From a bacterium (GTDB lineage: Bacteria; Cyanobacteriota; Vampirovibrionia; Gastranaerophilales; JBAXKC01): a stretch of DNA of 26,327 bases. The stretch covers positions 1 through 26,327 of the forward strand of contig JBAXKC010000034.1 in NCBI GenBank assembly GCA_037137535.1, written 5' to 3'. The notes beneath the pieces were generated by a model that saw nothing but the letters and a program-made list of their open reading frames with translations, was not told the origin of the DNA and did not search any database. Below are positions 17,673 to 26,327 of the stretch, one piece after another. The translations under genes were made by a program, and so were the position numbers. Positions within the stretch are counted from its first letter, which is position 1. Each line of letters begins with the position of its first letter.

Positions 17673-18964
17673 AGCAAGCTATTTTAATAGCTGACTCAAG
17701 AAAAGATATTTCAAAAAAATATAAAAGAATTATTCAATCTAATGCTAATGTGCAAGCACTTACAACTAATACTTTAAGCGATTTTTTTGAATTTATAGAA
17801 AAATTTGAACCAGAGCTTATTATTATTTCTGATAATTTTGAATTAAATGTATCTGATATTTGCTTAAAAATCAGAAAAAACTCCAGAACATTCAGACCAA
17901 TTATTGTTGTATTATCTAAATCCAGCTACAAACAGGATAAATTAGATGCTTTGAGTTCAGGTGCGGATGATTTTTTAAGCGAGCCGATAGATTCTGAAGA
18001 ATTATCTTTTAGAATTTCCGCACACTTGAGAAGACGTGTAGAAGAGCTTTCTGACTATATTACAGGTGTACCTTTAGCTACTTTTAGTAATAAGGTCATA
18101 AAAAGAGCTGTTAATTCTTATGATAACTGGGCTCTTTTGTATATAGATATAGAGAATTTTATTTATTATAATGAAATATACGGTCAAATTGCTTCAGAAA
18201 AGCTTTTAAAAACTTTTGTCGCTATTATAAAAACAGTTTTAGACCCTGATGATTATTTTGGCTATATTAAAGATAATGATTTTGTTCTTATAACCTCACC
18301 AATAAAGGCTGAAAAATTAGGTGAGTTTTTAACTTTTGCTTTTGACAAGGTTGCTCCAAGATTTTATAGTGAAGATGATATAAAAAGAGGTTATTTAATT
18401 GTCAGCGGAATTAATAAAGCTGGACGAAGAATTTCTTTTGTTAATCTTAAAATAGGTATAATTTCATCTGTTAATAAAAAATATAGTTATCTTGAAGCAA
18501 TTAATGCGGTGAAAGATATGTGCAAACTTGCAAAACAAAAACAAGGTTCTTATTCTGTCAGCGAAAAGCCTAAAATTTCCACAGAAGATATTTCTTATAG
18601 AGATAATCTGACCAAAGTTTTAGTAATTGAGCATGATGCTTCATTAGCATATCTTTTGACAACTACGCTTGAAATGCAAGGTTATGTTGCTATTGCGGAA
18701 ACTTTATCCGTTGAAACTATCGAGACTATAAAGTTACAGCGTCCTAATATTATTATTTTAGATGTATCTGATCAGAACTTTGACAATGCAATAGCACTTT
18801 GTCGCATTATCAAAAATGATAATGAATTAAGGCATATTAAAATTATCACAACACCAACAGTTTATAATAAAGAAGAAATTTTAAACTGCGGAGCTGATGT
18901 ATATTTGCCTAAACCTTTTGATCTTTTAGCACTTTATAAATGGATTAATCAATTAACTTATTAG
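17666..18964 (+). CDS. REC - degenerate GGDEF - REC response regulator
   Basis: First receiver PELIIISD..GADDFLSEP; GGDEF-fold DYITGVP, LYIDIENFIYYNEIYG, GYIKDNDFV; second receiver VLVIEHD, IIILDV, GADVYLPKPF. Overlaps the kinase by 7 nt. Confidence 0.85.
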   Translation: MLKQAILIADSRKDISKKYKRIIQSNANVQALTTNTLSDFFEFIEKFEPELIIISDNFELNVSDICLKIRKNSRTFRPIIVVLSKSSYKQDKLDALSSGADDFLSEPIDSEELSFRISAHLRRRVEELSDYITGVPLATFSNKVIKRAVNSYDNWALLYIDIENFIYYNEIYGQIASEKLLKTFVAIIKTVLDPDDYFGYIKDNDFVLITSPIKAEKLGEFLTFAFDKVAPRFYSEDDIKRGYLIVSGINKAGRRISFVNLKIGIISSVNKKYSYLEAINAVKDMCKLAKQKQGSYSVSEKPKISTEDISYRDNLTKVLVIEHDASLAYLLTTTLEMQGYVAIAETLSVETIETIKLQRPNIIILDVSDQNFDNAIALCRIIKNDNELRHIKIITTPTVYNKEEILNCGADVYLPKPFDLLALYKWINQLTY

Positions 18965-20364
18965 TTTGTATTACATTGATTATTTGTTACAATTCCACCT
19001 ATGTTTTCACATAAAACAGCGTTATTATAGGTTGTCGGTGCTAGGTCCTGATATGTTCCGTTTCTATAAACATCTATTTCTTTTATTTGAGCAGTTGTTA
19101 AAGTGTTTGTTTTTAATTTTATACTTAATGCTTGTTTTTGATAGCTTGTTATTGAAAATATGCCCTGACTTTTAGTTATCATTTCTTGTATTGTTCCGAT
19201 TATTGGATCTGATGGTGCTTGTAATGCTATTTTATTTTTAAGTTCAGTAAGTGTTTTTATATTGTCGTATATATCTTTTTGTGATTTTGCTGCATTTTTT
19301 CCTGAAACATAATTTTGAATATTCGTATTTAATTTTGCTACACATTCCTTTAAATCATTAAAAGTTGGTTTTAATAAGTTAATAGAAGTTATAGGTAAAG
19401 CTGAAATAGTTGTAGGAGTGCTTGCTATTGTATATGTAGGAGTGTTTGCTGTTGCTACATATGTTGTTCCTGTTGGAATAGCTGTATATGCATCATTTGT
19501 TGTTGAGTTTGAATTTAATGAAGTTGTAGGATTTATAGTAGTTGAATTAGCTGTTGTCGCTGTTTTTGTGTTAGTCGTATCTGCAGTACTGATAAATTGA
19601 GCTAATGAACCAGATATTTCAGTAGCTTTATTAGTAATCATTGTAGCGGCATATTGTTTTTGAGATTCATATGATTGAATACCTAAATTTTGCAATTGGC
19701 GACTGTCTACTTTAAAATCTAAACTGCCACCAATATTCAAGATACTATCAGAATATTCACTTAATAATTTTTTTTGTGTTGTATCCGGCATAGAAGTTAA
19801 AATATCAGTAACAGTATCATAAAAATTCTTTGCCGTATCTCCATTTATAGATAAGTTTACCGATACATCAAGAGCTTGTGCGAGTTTTAAATTAGCACTT
19901 GTTGCTTTATTGTTATCAAGAGCCACATAATTGCTTATTTCTGTTTCATATTTTTGTAACGCTGTTTGTAACCTACTTATTTCACTTCCGCTAAGTCCTG
20001 AATTTGGATTATTGATTAATTGTTTAACTTGATTTACATAGTTACTTATCACATCAAGAGTTTCTCTTATTTGACCGGATGAGCCTGATGTCTGTTCAAA
20101 ATTATTTGAATTTATTTTATTGGCAATAACTGACTCTATAGGTGAACTATAACTTTGATTATTGATGTTTAGATTTACACCTGAGATATATTTCGTTGGA
20201 GATTCTTCTTTTTCTGCTCTATTACTTTTGAATACCGCAGCAACAGACGTTGAACTAAAAAAGTTTGATAAATTTTCACTAAATAAAATAAAACTTAATA
20301 CACTTACTCCAACAACGAGTCCGCCAATCATGCCAAATTCTGCGAGATTTTGTCCATTTCTCAT
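18961..20364 (-). CDS. Large Flp/TadE-type prepilin-like protein
   Basis: N-terminus MRNG|QNLAEFGMIGGLVVGVSVLSFILF (G-1, E+5, aromatic +6, hydrophobic helix); Thr-rich linker; C-terminal Cys pair. Confidence 0.65.
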   Translation of the reverse strand: MRNGQNLAEFGMIGGLVVGVSVLSFILFSENLSNFFSSTSVAAVFKSNRAEKEESPTKYISGVNLNINNQSYSSPIESVIANKINSNNFEQTSGSSGQIRETLDVISNYVNQVKQLINNPNSGLSGSEISRLQTALQKYETEISNYVALDNNKATSANLKLAQALDVSVNLSINGDTAKNFYDTVTDILTSMPDTTQKKLLSEYSDSILNIGGSLDFKVDSRQLQNLGIQSYESQKQYAATMITNKATEISGSLAQFISTADTTNTKTATTANSTTINPTTSLNSNSTTNDAYTAIPTGTTYVATANTPTYTIASTPTTISALPITSINLLKPTFNDLKECVAKLNTNIQNYVSGKNAAKSQKDIYDNIKTLTELKNKIALQAPSDPIIGTIQEMITKSQGIFSITSYQKQALSIKLKTNTLTTAQIKEIDVYRNGTYQDLAPTTYNNAVLCENIGGIVTNNQCNTN

Positions 20365-20527
20365 ATATCTATCCAGCTCCGCTATCTTCTTGGTGTTATA
20401 TATAATATACAGCTCATTATTTCTAATATGCCCATTATTTTATTAAAGCAAACCTTAATTATGATTTTATAAAGTTATTGTAAATTAAAATTAATTATAG
20501 CTATTGGAAATGTAGCTTAAAATTATG

Positions 20528-23383
20528 CTATTTCTTAATTGTTACGTCTTTTACTTCGCCAAGTTTTGCAAAGAATTCCTCATTTTGCTTTAATGCATCT
20601 TTAGGAGCAAGAATCCCAAATAAAGAATGTTGATTTTTAAATAACATTATTGCCAATTGTTGTATATATTCGGGAGTTATTTCTTTAATTGCTTTAAGTT
20701 TTTCATTAATTAAGTTTAGTCCTTGCCTGGAATATACTGCATCATTAAGTGCGCCATTCAGGTTTAGTGCTGTTTCATAACTCTGAAATATTCCGCTTAT
20801 CATTGAATCTTTTGCAAGTTTTAATTCTTCATCTGAAACTGGCCAATACATAATTTTATTAATATTGTCTTTAAATCCATTAATTGCCTTTTGAATATTA
20901 GATTTATCTTCTTTTGTATTTGTATTGATTTCTAATGTCATTGAACCTAATTGATCATAATAATCATAAGATGAGCGTACCTCATAAGCTAGACCTTGTT
21001 TTTCCCTTAAATCCTTCATTAATCGAGAGCTACTTGATCCGCCTAAAATATTATTTAAACAAGATAAACCTACTGATAACTTTGGATCATAATGTTTGTT
21101 AGGAGTTATCAGTTTATATGTTTGGCTAATACTTGCAATAAAGTCCGGATTTTGTGGTTGTTCATCTTTTGCTTTTATAAAAACTTTTGAGGTTTTAAGT
21201 GGTGTTATAGCCTCAGGTGTTTCGAATGAGCTGTACTCAAAGGGTTTAAATACTATTGGAATTGAGGATAATTTGTTAATAATACTTTGCTCTTGATTTA
21301 ATAATTCAGCTTTTGGAAGTACTATTGTTGCACAAGCTTTAGAATTACTAAGCAAATCTTTGTATAAATTTTTAACATCATCTAGTGTAATGTTTTCGAA
21401 ATTATTAAATACGTCAGCTGTTGTTGTTTCTAGAATAGTGTTTTTATATATTTCATTATCAACAAAATCACTTGGATATTTTTCCATTATTTTAACAATT
21501 TTTCGATAATCTTTTTTTACTTCATCAAGATTATCTTGAGTAAGAGGAGGTTTTGCTAATTGTTTTAATGCCATTTCTATTGACTTAGTCGCTTGTTCTC
21601 CTCTACAAAACTCGGAAAAACATATATTTCTACATCCGGTACTAGCATCCAAGTCAATAGAATCATGCTTTAACTGTTGTTTGAAAAACTCTTTCTCTAT
21701 TCCATCAACACCGTTTCGAAGCATACTTCTAAGTATATTAGCTGTTCCTACTTTTTGTTTAGGAGTATTTTTATTAATTATGTTAAAGTCTATTTTGGCA
21801 GTAGAAACATTATCAGCACCATGAATTACTAAGTGAATATTATTTTTTAGTGTATATTGCTTTATGTCTTTAGTTTCATAAATAGGGCTTTTTCCTGCAA
21901 ATGAAACTTTTTTTTGTTCAATTTCAGCACTTTTCTCTTGAGGGTGTGTAACTACAATAGATGCTTTATTGAGGTCAAAATACTTATTAGCAAAGTCTAT
22001 TAAAGATTTGCCGCTAATTTTATCAATAGTTTTTAATCTGTCTTCAAATTGTTGGATGTTATTATTAGGTCCGTAATTGCTCCCAATGGAATTACTTAAT
22101 AATTCTGACTCTTCAGAGCAAAGTGAGGAACTTAGCTTTAAATCATTTTTGTAGCTATCAATATCATATTGCGATATAGCTATTTTTTTTGATTCTTCAA
22201 TATATTTATATACGGCTTTAAGAAAGTCTTCTTCCTTTCCTTTATCACACCAACCATCAATAGAAATTATGTTTGGAGCATTTGCTTCTGTGCTTATAAT
22301 ACTATATGTAATATCTAGACTTCCGCTAAATTCTTTAAAACGATTTTTACTTTTTTCACTTAATGTACTAAATAAAACATTGGCATTAGTTCTATCCAAA
22401 TAATTATCTTCATCAAACCCTTTTAAATTAATACTTATTGCAGCTCTGTCAAGCTTTGGATCAGTTCTGACAATATCAGATCTGATAGGTTGATTTGTTA
22501 TTTTATAATTATTTATAGGTGGCTCATATTTTATATTTAAATTTTTTTGTTTACCAAAATATTTATTTACAAGTTCAACTCCTTGTTGAGCTGTAATATC
22601 ACCTACAATAATAGTTGTCATTTTATTAGGGGCATATCTGCTATTATAATAATCTGTTAATTTTTGAGGTGTAATATTTTTTATTGTTTCTTCGGTTCCA
22701 ATTGTATTAAAAAAAACTTTTTCTGTATTAAAAAGCTGTTTAATTGCAAGTTTATCTGCCCTTTTAGAGTCACTGTCAGGGCTTTCTCCTGCCTCGGCTA
22801 ATATTATTGGTCTTTCTTTATCAACTGCTTTTTGTGAAAAATCAGGCTTGATTATTGAATCTGCAAATTCCGCAAAATAGTTTTCCAGTTCATCGGCATG
22901 CTGTAATGGAAGATTAAAATGATAACGAGTTTCTGTAATATTTGTTTCTGCATTTTTACTAATTGATTTCCAATTTTCTTTTTCGACATAACCGGCTAAA
23001 ATATGTTCAATATAATGACTTATTCCTTTTAATTCAGCAGGTTCATCAAATGAACCGTTTTTAACGTGCGTTTGAACGGCGATAGAACCTTTTTTAGGTA
23101 AAATTATAACATTATGACCATTGTTTAGTTGATATATTGTACCTTCTAAAGAAGAAAGAGGCGTTTTAAAAGTTCTAATAAATTTATAACCCAGAGAATC
23201 CTGTATTTTTGTAAAAGAACGAAAGGCTTTTGCTATCTGAGAAGACTTTTCATTATTAGAATAAATTGATGAATTAGTAAATGAATGTTCTGTTATATTG
23301 CTTGGTTGCTTAATATTATCCTGCTTTTCAATAGATTTATTTTGATATTTAAAGTTTATTTTAGTCAAACTTATATTATTCAA
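20528..23383 (-). CDS. M16 family (pitrilysin/insulinase-like) zinc peptidase
   Basis: GSFDEPAELKGISHYIEH (HxxEH), NAET, YYNSRYAPNKM, SSRLMKDLREKQGLAYEV. Start uncertain: TTG 23383 preferred over 23431. Confidence 0.88.
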   Translation of the reverse strand: MNNISLTKINFKYQNKSIEKQDNIKQPSNITEHSFTNSSIYSNNEKSSQIAKAFRSFTKIQDSLGYKFIRTFKTPLSSLEGTIYQLNNGHNVIILPKKGSIAVQTHVKNGSFDEPAELKGISHYIEHILAGYVEKENWKSISKNAETNITETRYHFNLPLQHADELENYFAEFADSIIKPDFSQKAVDKERPIILAEAGESPDSDSKRADKLAIKQLFNTEKVFFNTIGTEETIKNITPQKLTDYYNSRYAPNKMTTIIVGDITAQQGVELVNKYFGKQKNLNIKYEPPINNYKITNQPIRSDIVRTDPKLDRAAISINLKGFDEDNYLDRTNANVLFSTLSEKSKNRFKEFSGSLDITYSIISTEANAPNIISIDGWCDKGKEEDFLKAVYKYIEESKKIAISQYDIDSYKNDLKLSSSLCSEESELLSNSIGSNYGPNNNIQQFEDRLKTIDKISGKSLIDFANKYFDLNKASIVVTHPQEKSAEIEQKKVSFAGKSPIYETKDIKQYTLKNNIHLVIHGADNVSTAKIDFNIINKNTPKQKVGTANILRSMLRNGVDGIEKEFFKQQLKHDSIDLDASTGCRNICFSEFCRGEQATKSIEMALKQLAKPPLTQDNLDEVKKDYRKIVKIMEKYPSDFVDNEIYKNTILETTTADVFNNFENITLDDVKNLYKDLLSNSKACATIVLPKAELLNQEQSIINKLSSIPIVFKPFEYSSFETPEAITPLKTSKVFIKAKDEQPQNPDFIASISQTYKLITPNKHYDPKLSVGLSCLNNILGGSSSSRLMKDLREKQGLAYEVRSSYDYYDQLGSMTLEINTNTKEDKSNIQKAINGFKDNINKIMYWPVSDEELKLAKDSMISGIFQSYETALNLNGALNDAVYSRQGLNLINEKLKAIKEITPEYIQQLAIMLFKNQHSLFGILAPKDALKQNEEFFAKLGEVKDVTIKK

Positions 23384-23590
23384 TAATTCATTCTCTTCAT
23401 CATAGAAATATCGCCTTTTACATAAAAACAAAAGCTAAATGTAAATTGCCTATATTTTATTGTCGTTTATATTTTAGGTAATTATTCTTTTTTAGGGGCA
23501 AGATAAGAACATTAATTTGATGAAAATAAGCAGAGTAACAATTAATCGTTATTACAAGCTACTTATTGTGAACATGAAAGTGTTTTATAA

Positions 23591-23631
23591 AAAAACTTCC
23601 GAAAAGTAATTACTTACAAACGGAAGTTTTT
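23591..23631. terminator. Terminator downstream of fliD
   Basis: AAAAACTTCCG...CGGAAGTTTTT 11-bp inverted repeat with internal AAGTAATTACTT palindrome; T-run on the minus strand. Confidence 0.75.
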
Positions 23632-23655
23632 CTTATTATATATTGCCTAATAGAT

Positions 23656-25476
23656 TTATAATCCCATAGCACTCATTGCATTACCTTGAGATTTCATTTG
23701 AGCAATAGCTTGATCCATTGCGTTATATTGAGCTGTTAAAGTTTCTTTCTTTTTTGTCAAACGGTCTTCTTGCTGAGCAATCGTGTCTGTCAATGATTTT
23801 ATCGATGATGACATTGAATCTTTCTTACTTTTAAAGTAACCGGCTGTTGGGTCTAATGTATTGGCAACTTTATCTTTTAAAGATTGAAAAAGACCTGTCA
23901 CACCTTTTGAAGAATCACCAAGTAATAAGGCTCTTACTTGATCAGGATTGTTCGCAAGTGCATCTCTTAATTTAGTTTCATCAAGTGAAAAAGTCTTAAC
24001 GTCAGCCTTGACAGAGGTTCCAACACTACCTGTACTTATACCTATTGAAGAAGCACTGTTATATTTGCTTAGTCCTGCTACACTTTTAGAAAATGTAAAT
24101 CTTAAATCACTTTTTATTCTTTGCAAAGCGGATTCATTTGCTAAATCAGCACCTGTTGCAGTTTGCTTATCAATTTCACTATTAATTTCATTATATTTTG
24201 ATAAATAATCATTTACAGCTTTTACAATTTGATCATTATCTCTTGAGATATTGATATTAACAAAATCTGTGCCTTTATCAGTATCTTTTGTTATTTTTAG
24301 TAGATTTATAGTTACACCCGGTATACCTGATACATCTGATGATAGAGTATTTGAGTTTACTTCTACAGGATCAGTTGCATCATTAATATAAACTTTTGCG
24401 TTACTTCCAAGGGTTTGAGAATTATCAACAACGTTACCACTACTATCCAATAGCCCCATAGATTCTAAAAAGCCGCTAGTTCCTTTCTCTAAATTTATAG
24501 TTGTTTTACCCGGTGTTTTAGAAGTCAAAGAAAGTTTATTAGCTCTAGGGTCAAATTGAGCGGTAACGCCTGATGTAGAATCTGAGTTTATTTTATTAAC
24601 TATTGAAGAAATTGTTGAATTTTCATCAACAGTAAACTCAGCCTTACCAATTTTAAATGTTCCTGTTGTAACTGTATTTTTAAGATTAGCTTCATTACTG
24701 ACTAATTTGCCTTGTGTGTTTACAGATGATATAGGATTTGCACTTTCTGCCTTGTCGGGTTTCCAGACAGGAGCATCTGCTGTACCTGTATTTATTTGTG
24801 ATACAGATAATTGTGTTACATTGAAGAAATTACTTGTATCTGAGGAAGAACCTAAGTTAAATGAATTTACTTGTGATTCATCAACATTAATCTGAAACTT
24901 TCCTTCAGGTGTAATATCAGCAACTACAAGACCGTCCGTATAACCATTAGCAGCGGAGTATCTGTCATTTATAAGTGTTTTTGCATCTCCTAATGTTGCG
25001 CCATCAGCTAATGTAAATTCTTCTTTTTTTCCGTTTATATACATGCTGAACTTGCCAACAGTACCGCTACCATTAGCAAGTGAAGTTATTTTAGTAGTTG
25101 CATCCGCATTGTTTGCAACACTTGAAACACTTTGAGCTTTAGTTGATGTAGCTAAATTATCTATTTTTAGTTTAATGGTTTGAGGAACGGCTATATTTGT
25201 GGCAGTTGCAGTTGCCATTGTGTTATTAGTTGTAGAGCTTAACATTTTTTTAAATAAATCCATAGATGAAGTTATATTTCCATCTGTAAATTTTTCAATT
25301 GTACTTCTTAATGAAGAAAACTTTCCTTCTAAAGTATTCAAAGTCAATTTTGAGTTTTGCAACTTAGATTGATTAGCTATAAGCTTATCTGTCGGTTGTC
25401 TTTCTACTGCCATTAACTGTGTTACCCAGTCGCTAACGGGTAATCCTGACCCCACGCCACTAAAAGTTATTGCCAT
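23656..25476 (-). CDS. fliD: Flagellar filament cap protein FliD (HAP2)
   Basis: MAITFSGVGSGLPVSDWVTQLMAVERQP; SNTL..IPGVTINL; LDETKLRDALANNPDQVRAL; LTAQYNAMDQAIAQMKSQ. Confidence 0.92.
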   Translation of the reverse strand: MAITFSGVGSGLPVSDWVTQLMAVERQPTDKLIANQSKLQNSKLTLNTLEGKFSSLRSTIEKFTDGNITSSMDLFKKMLSSTTNNTMATATATNIAVPQTIKLKIDNLATSTKAQSVSSVANNADATTKITSLANGSGTVGKFSMYINGKKEEFTLADGATLGDAKTLINDRYSAANGYTDGLVVADITPEGKFQINVDESQVNSFNLGSSSDTSNFFNVTQLSVSQINTGTADAPVWKPDKAESANPISSVNTQGKLVSNEANLKNTVTTGTFKIGKAEFTVDENSTISSIVNKINSDSTSGVTAQFDPRANKLSLTSKTPGKTTINLEKGTSGFLESMGLLDSSGNVVDNSQTLGSNAKVYINDATDPVEVNSNTLSSDVSGIPGVTINLLKITKDTDKGTDFVNINISRDNDQIVKAVNDYLSKYNEINSEIDKQTATGADLANESALQRIKSDLRFTFSKSVAGLSKYNSASSIGISTGSVGTSVKADVKTFSLDETKLRDALANNPDQVRALLLGDSSKGVTGLFQSLKDKVANTLDPTAGYFKSKKDSMSSSIKSLTDTIAQQEDRLTKKKETLTAQYNAMDQAIAQMKSQGNAMSAMGL

Positions 25477-25698
25477 TTTCGTCTCTCCCTGACTAATGCT
25501 GCATTTTATTATTGTATTTGTTTAGCAATTGATTGTTTATCATTTAAATATATTATTTATTATACCCTATAATCCAGTATTTAAAACTCTTATTAATAAA
25601 AAATTCATTGTATAATCATTATAATACTCTTAATGTATTAGCTTATAGATTCAAAACTGTTTATAATAGATAAGTAATTAAATTTTAAGTAAGATGTT

Positions 25699-26327
25699 AT
25701 GTTTAATAAATTTAAAATAATTATATTTGCTTCCATATTTGTTTTTGGTGGATTTAGTGTTTCTTCGCAAGAAATTAATTCTGAAAAAGTTAATTATAAT
25801 CTTGCGGTGAATAATATTCAAAGTGGAAATTATAAAGAAGCAACTGATTATTTGCTTAAAGTTATAAGATTAAATCCTTCTAATTCACAAGCACATTACA
25901 ATCTTGGTCTTTGCTATAAAAAGCTGGGCAGTTTAAATCTTGCCTTTGAAGAGTTCAATAAGGCATTTGAGCTCATTAATCCTGCAAGCGATTATTCAAA
26001 TCCTATAGATTTGGAAACAAAGCATACTACTGAATCAAATGAAATTATCAAGGTTTCTGAAAAACCAAAAGAGTTTGAGCATGATAAAAAAATGATTACT
26101 ATAAATCCTGCCGCTCAAAATACCGTTAAAGAAAACGAAGTTAAATCATTAACAATTACGAAAAAAACAGAACCTAATATAATAGTTGCAACAAAAGAAG
26201 TTAATGCTCCTGCTAAAACAATACCAGTTGCTGAAAAAACAGAACCTAACGTAAAAATTGCAACAAAAGAAGTTAAAGCTCCTGCTAAAACAATATCAGT
26301 TGCTGAAAAAACAGAACCTAACGTAAA
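25699..26327 (+). CDS. Exported TPR protein, partial (runs off the window)
   Basis: Not in the ORF track. MFNKFKIIIFASIFVFGGFSVSSQE signal-like N-terminus; TPRs YNLAVNNIQSGNYKEATDYLLKVIRLNPSNSQAHYNLGLCYKKLGSLNLAFEEFNKAFEL; open to the end of the window. Confidence 0.85.
   Translation, partial: MFNKFKIIIFASIFVFGGFSVSSQEINSEKVNYNLAVNNIQSGNYKEATDYLLKVIRLNPSNSQAHYNLGLCYKKLGSLNLAFEEFNKAFELINPASDYSNPIDLETKHTTESNEIIKVSEKPKEFEHDKKMITINPAAQNTVKENEVKSLTITKKTEPNIIVATKEVNAPAKTIPVAEKTEPNVKIATKEVKAPAKTISVAEKTEPNV
26164..26327 (+). repeat. Coding tandem repeat, 72-bp unit (KTEPNxxxATKEVxAPAKTIxVAE), at least 2.3 copies
   Basis: Units start at 26164, 26236 and 26308. Confidence 0.9.

Noticed and set aside
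1096-24895. Short antisense/overlapping ORFs in the track (e.g. 1096-1428, 10808-11251, 12155-12517, 15200-15508, 16384-16584, 20162-20446, 23948-24208)
   Set aside because: Shadows of well-supported genes with no motifs or RBS

Overview
AT-rich bacterial chromosomal window with no rRNA, tRNA or CRISPR array. The mix of flagellar genes, a group-2-like sigma-70 and many proteins with low-complexity N-termini bearing 'SFG'-like motifs suggests a flagellated non-photosynthetic cyanobacterial relative (Melainabacteria/Vampirovibrionia). That assignment is inference only. Left half: a soluble FlhA-cytoplasmic-domain protein, an RpoD-family sigma factor with a long structured leader, a REC-Hpt protein, a decayed IS1595 transposase, an HExxH peptidase-like protein, a nitrilase, a glycan-modification-type hisH2-hisF2 pair, an HD-GYP protein and a repetitive translocator/effector-like protein. 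Right half: pyrK-pyrD-pyrE, dnaK, a two-component pair, a large Flp/TadE-type pilin-like protein, an M16 peptidase, fliD and a partial TPR protein. The best novel candidates are non-coding or non-canonical: (1) a near-consensus sigma-28 promoter driving an ~80-nt terminated RNA with an exposed anti-Shine-Dalgarno loop; (2) a leader-peptide/terminator attenuator before the pyr operon with no PyrR site; (3) a transmembrane-less FlhA paralogue plus several candidate non-flagellar export cargos.
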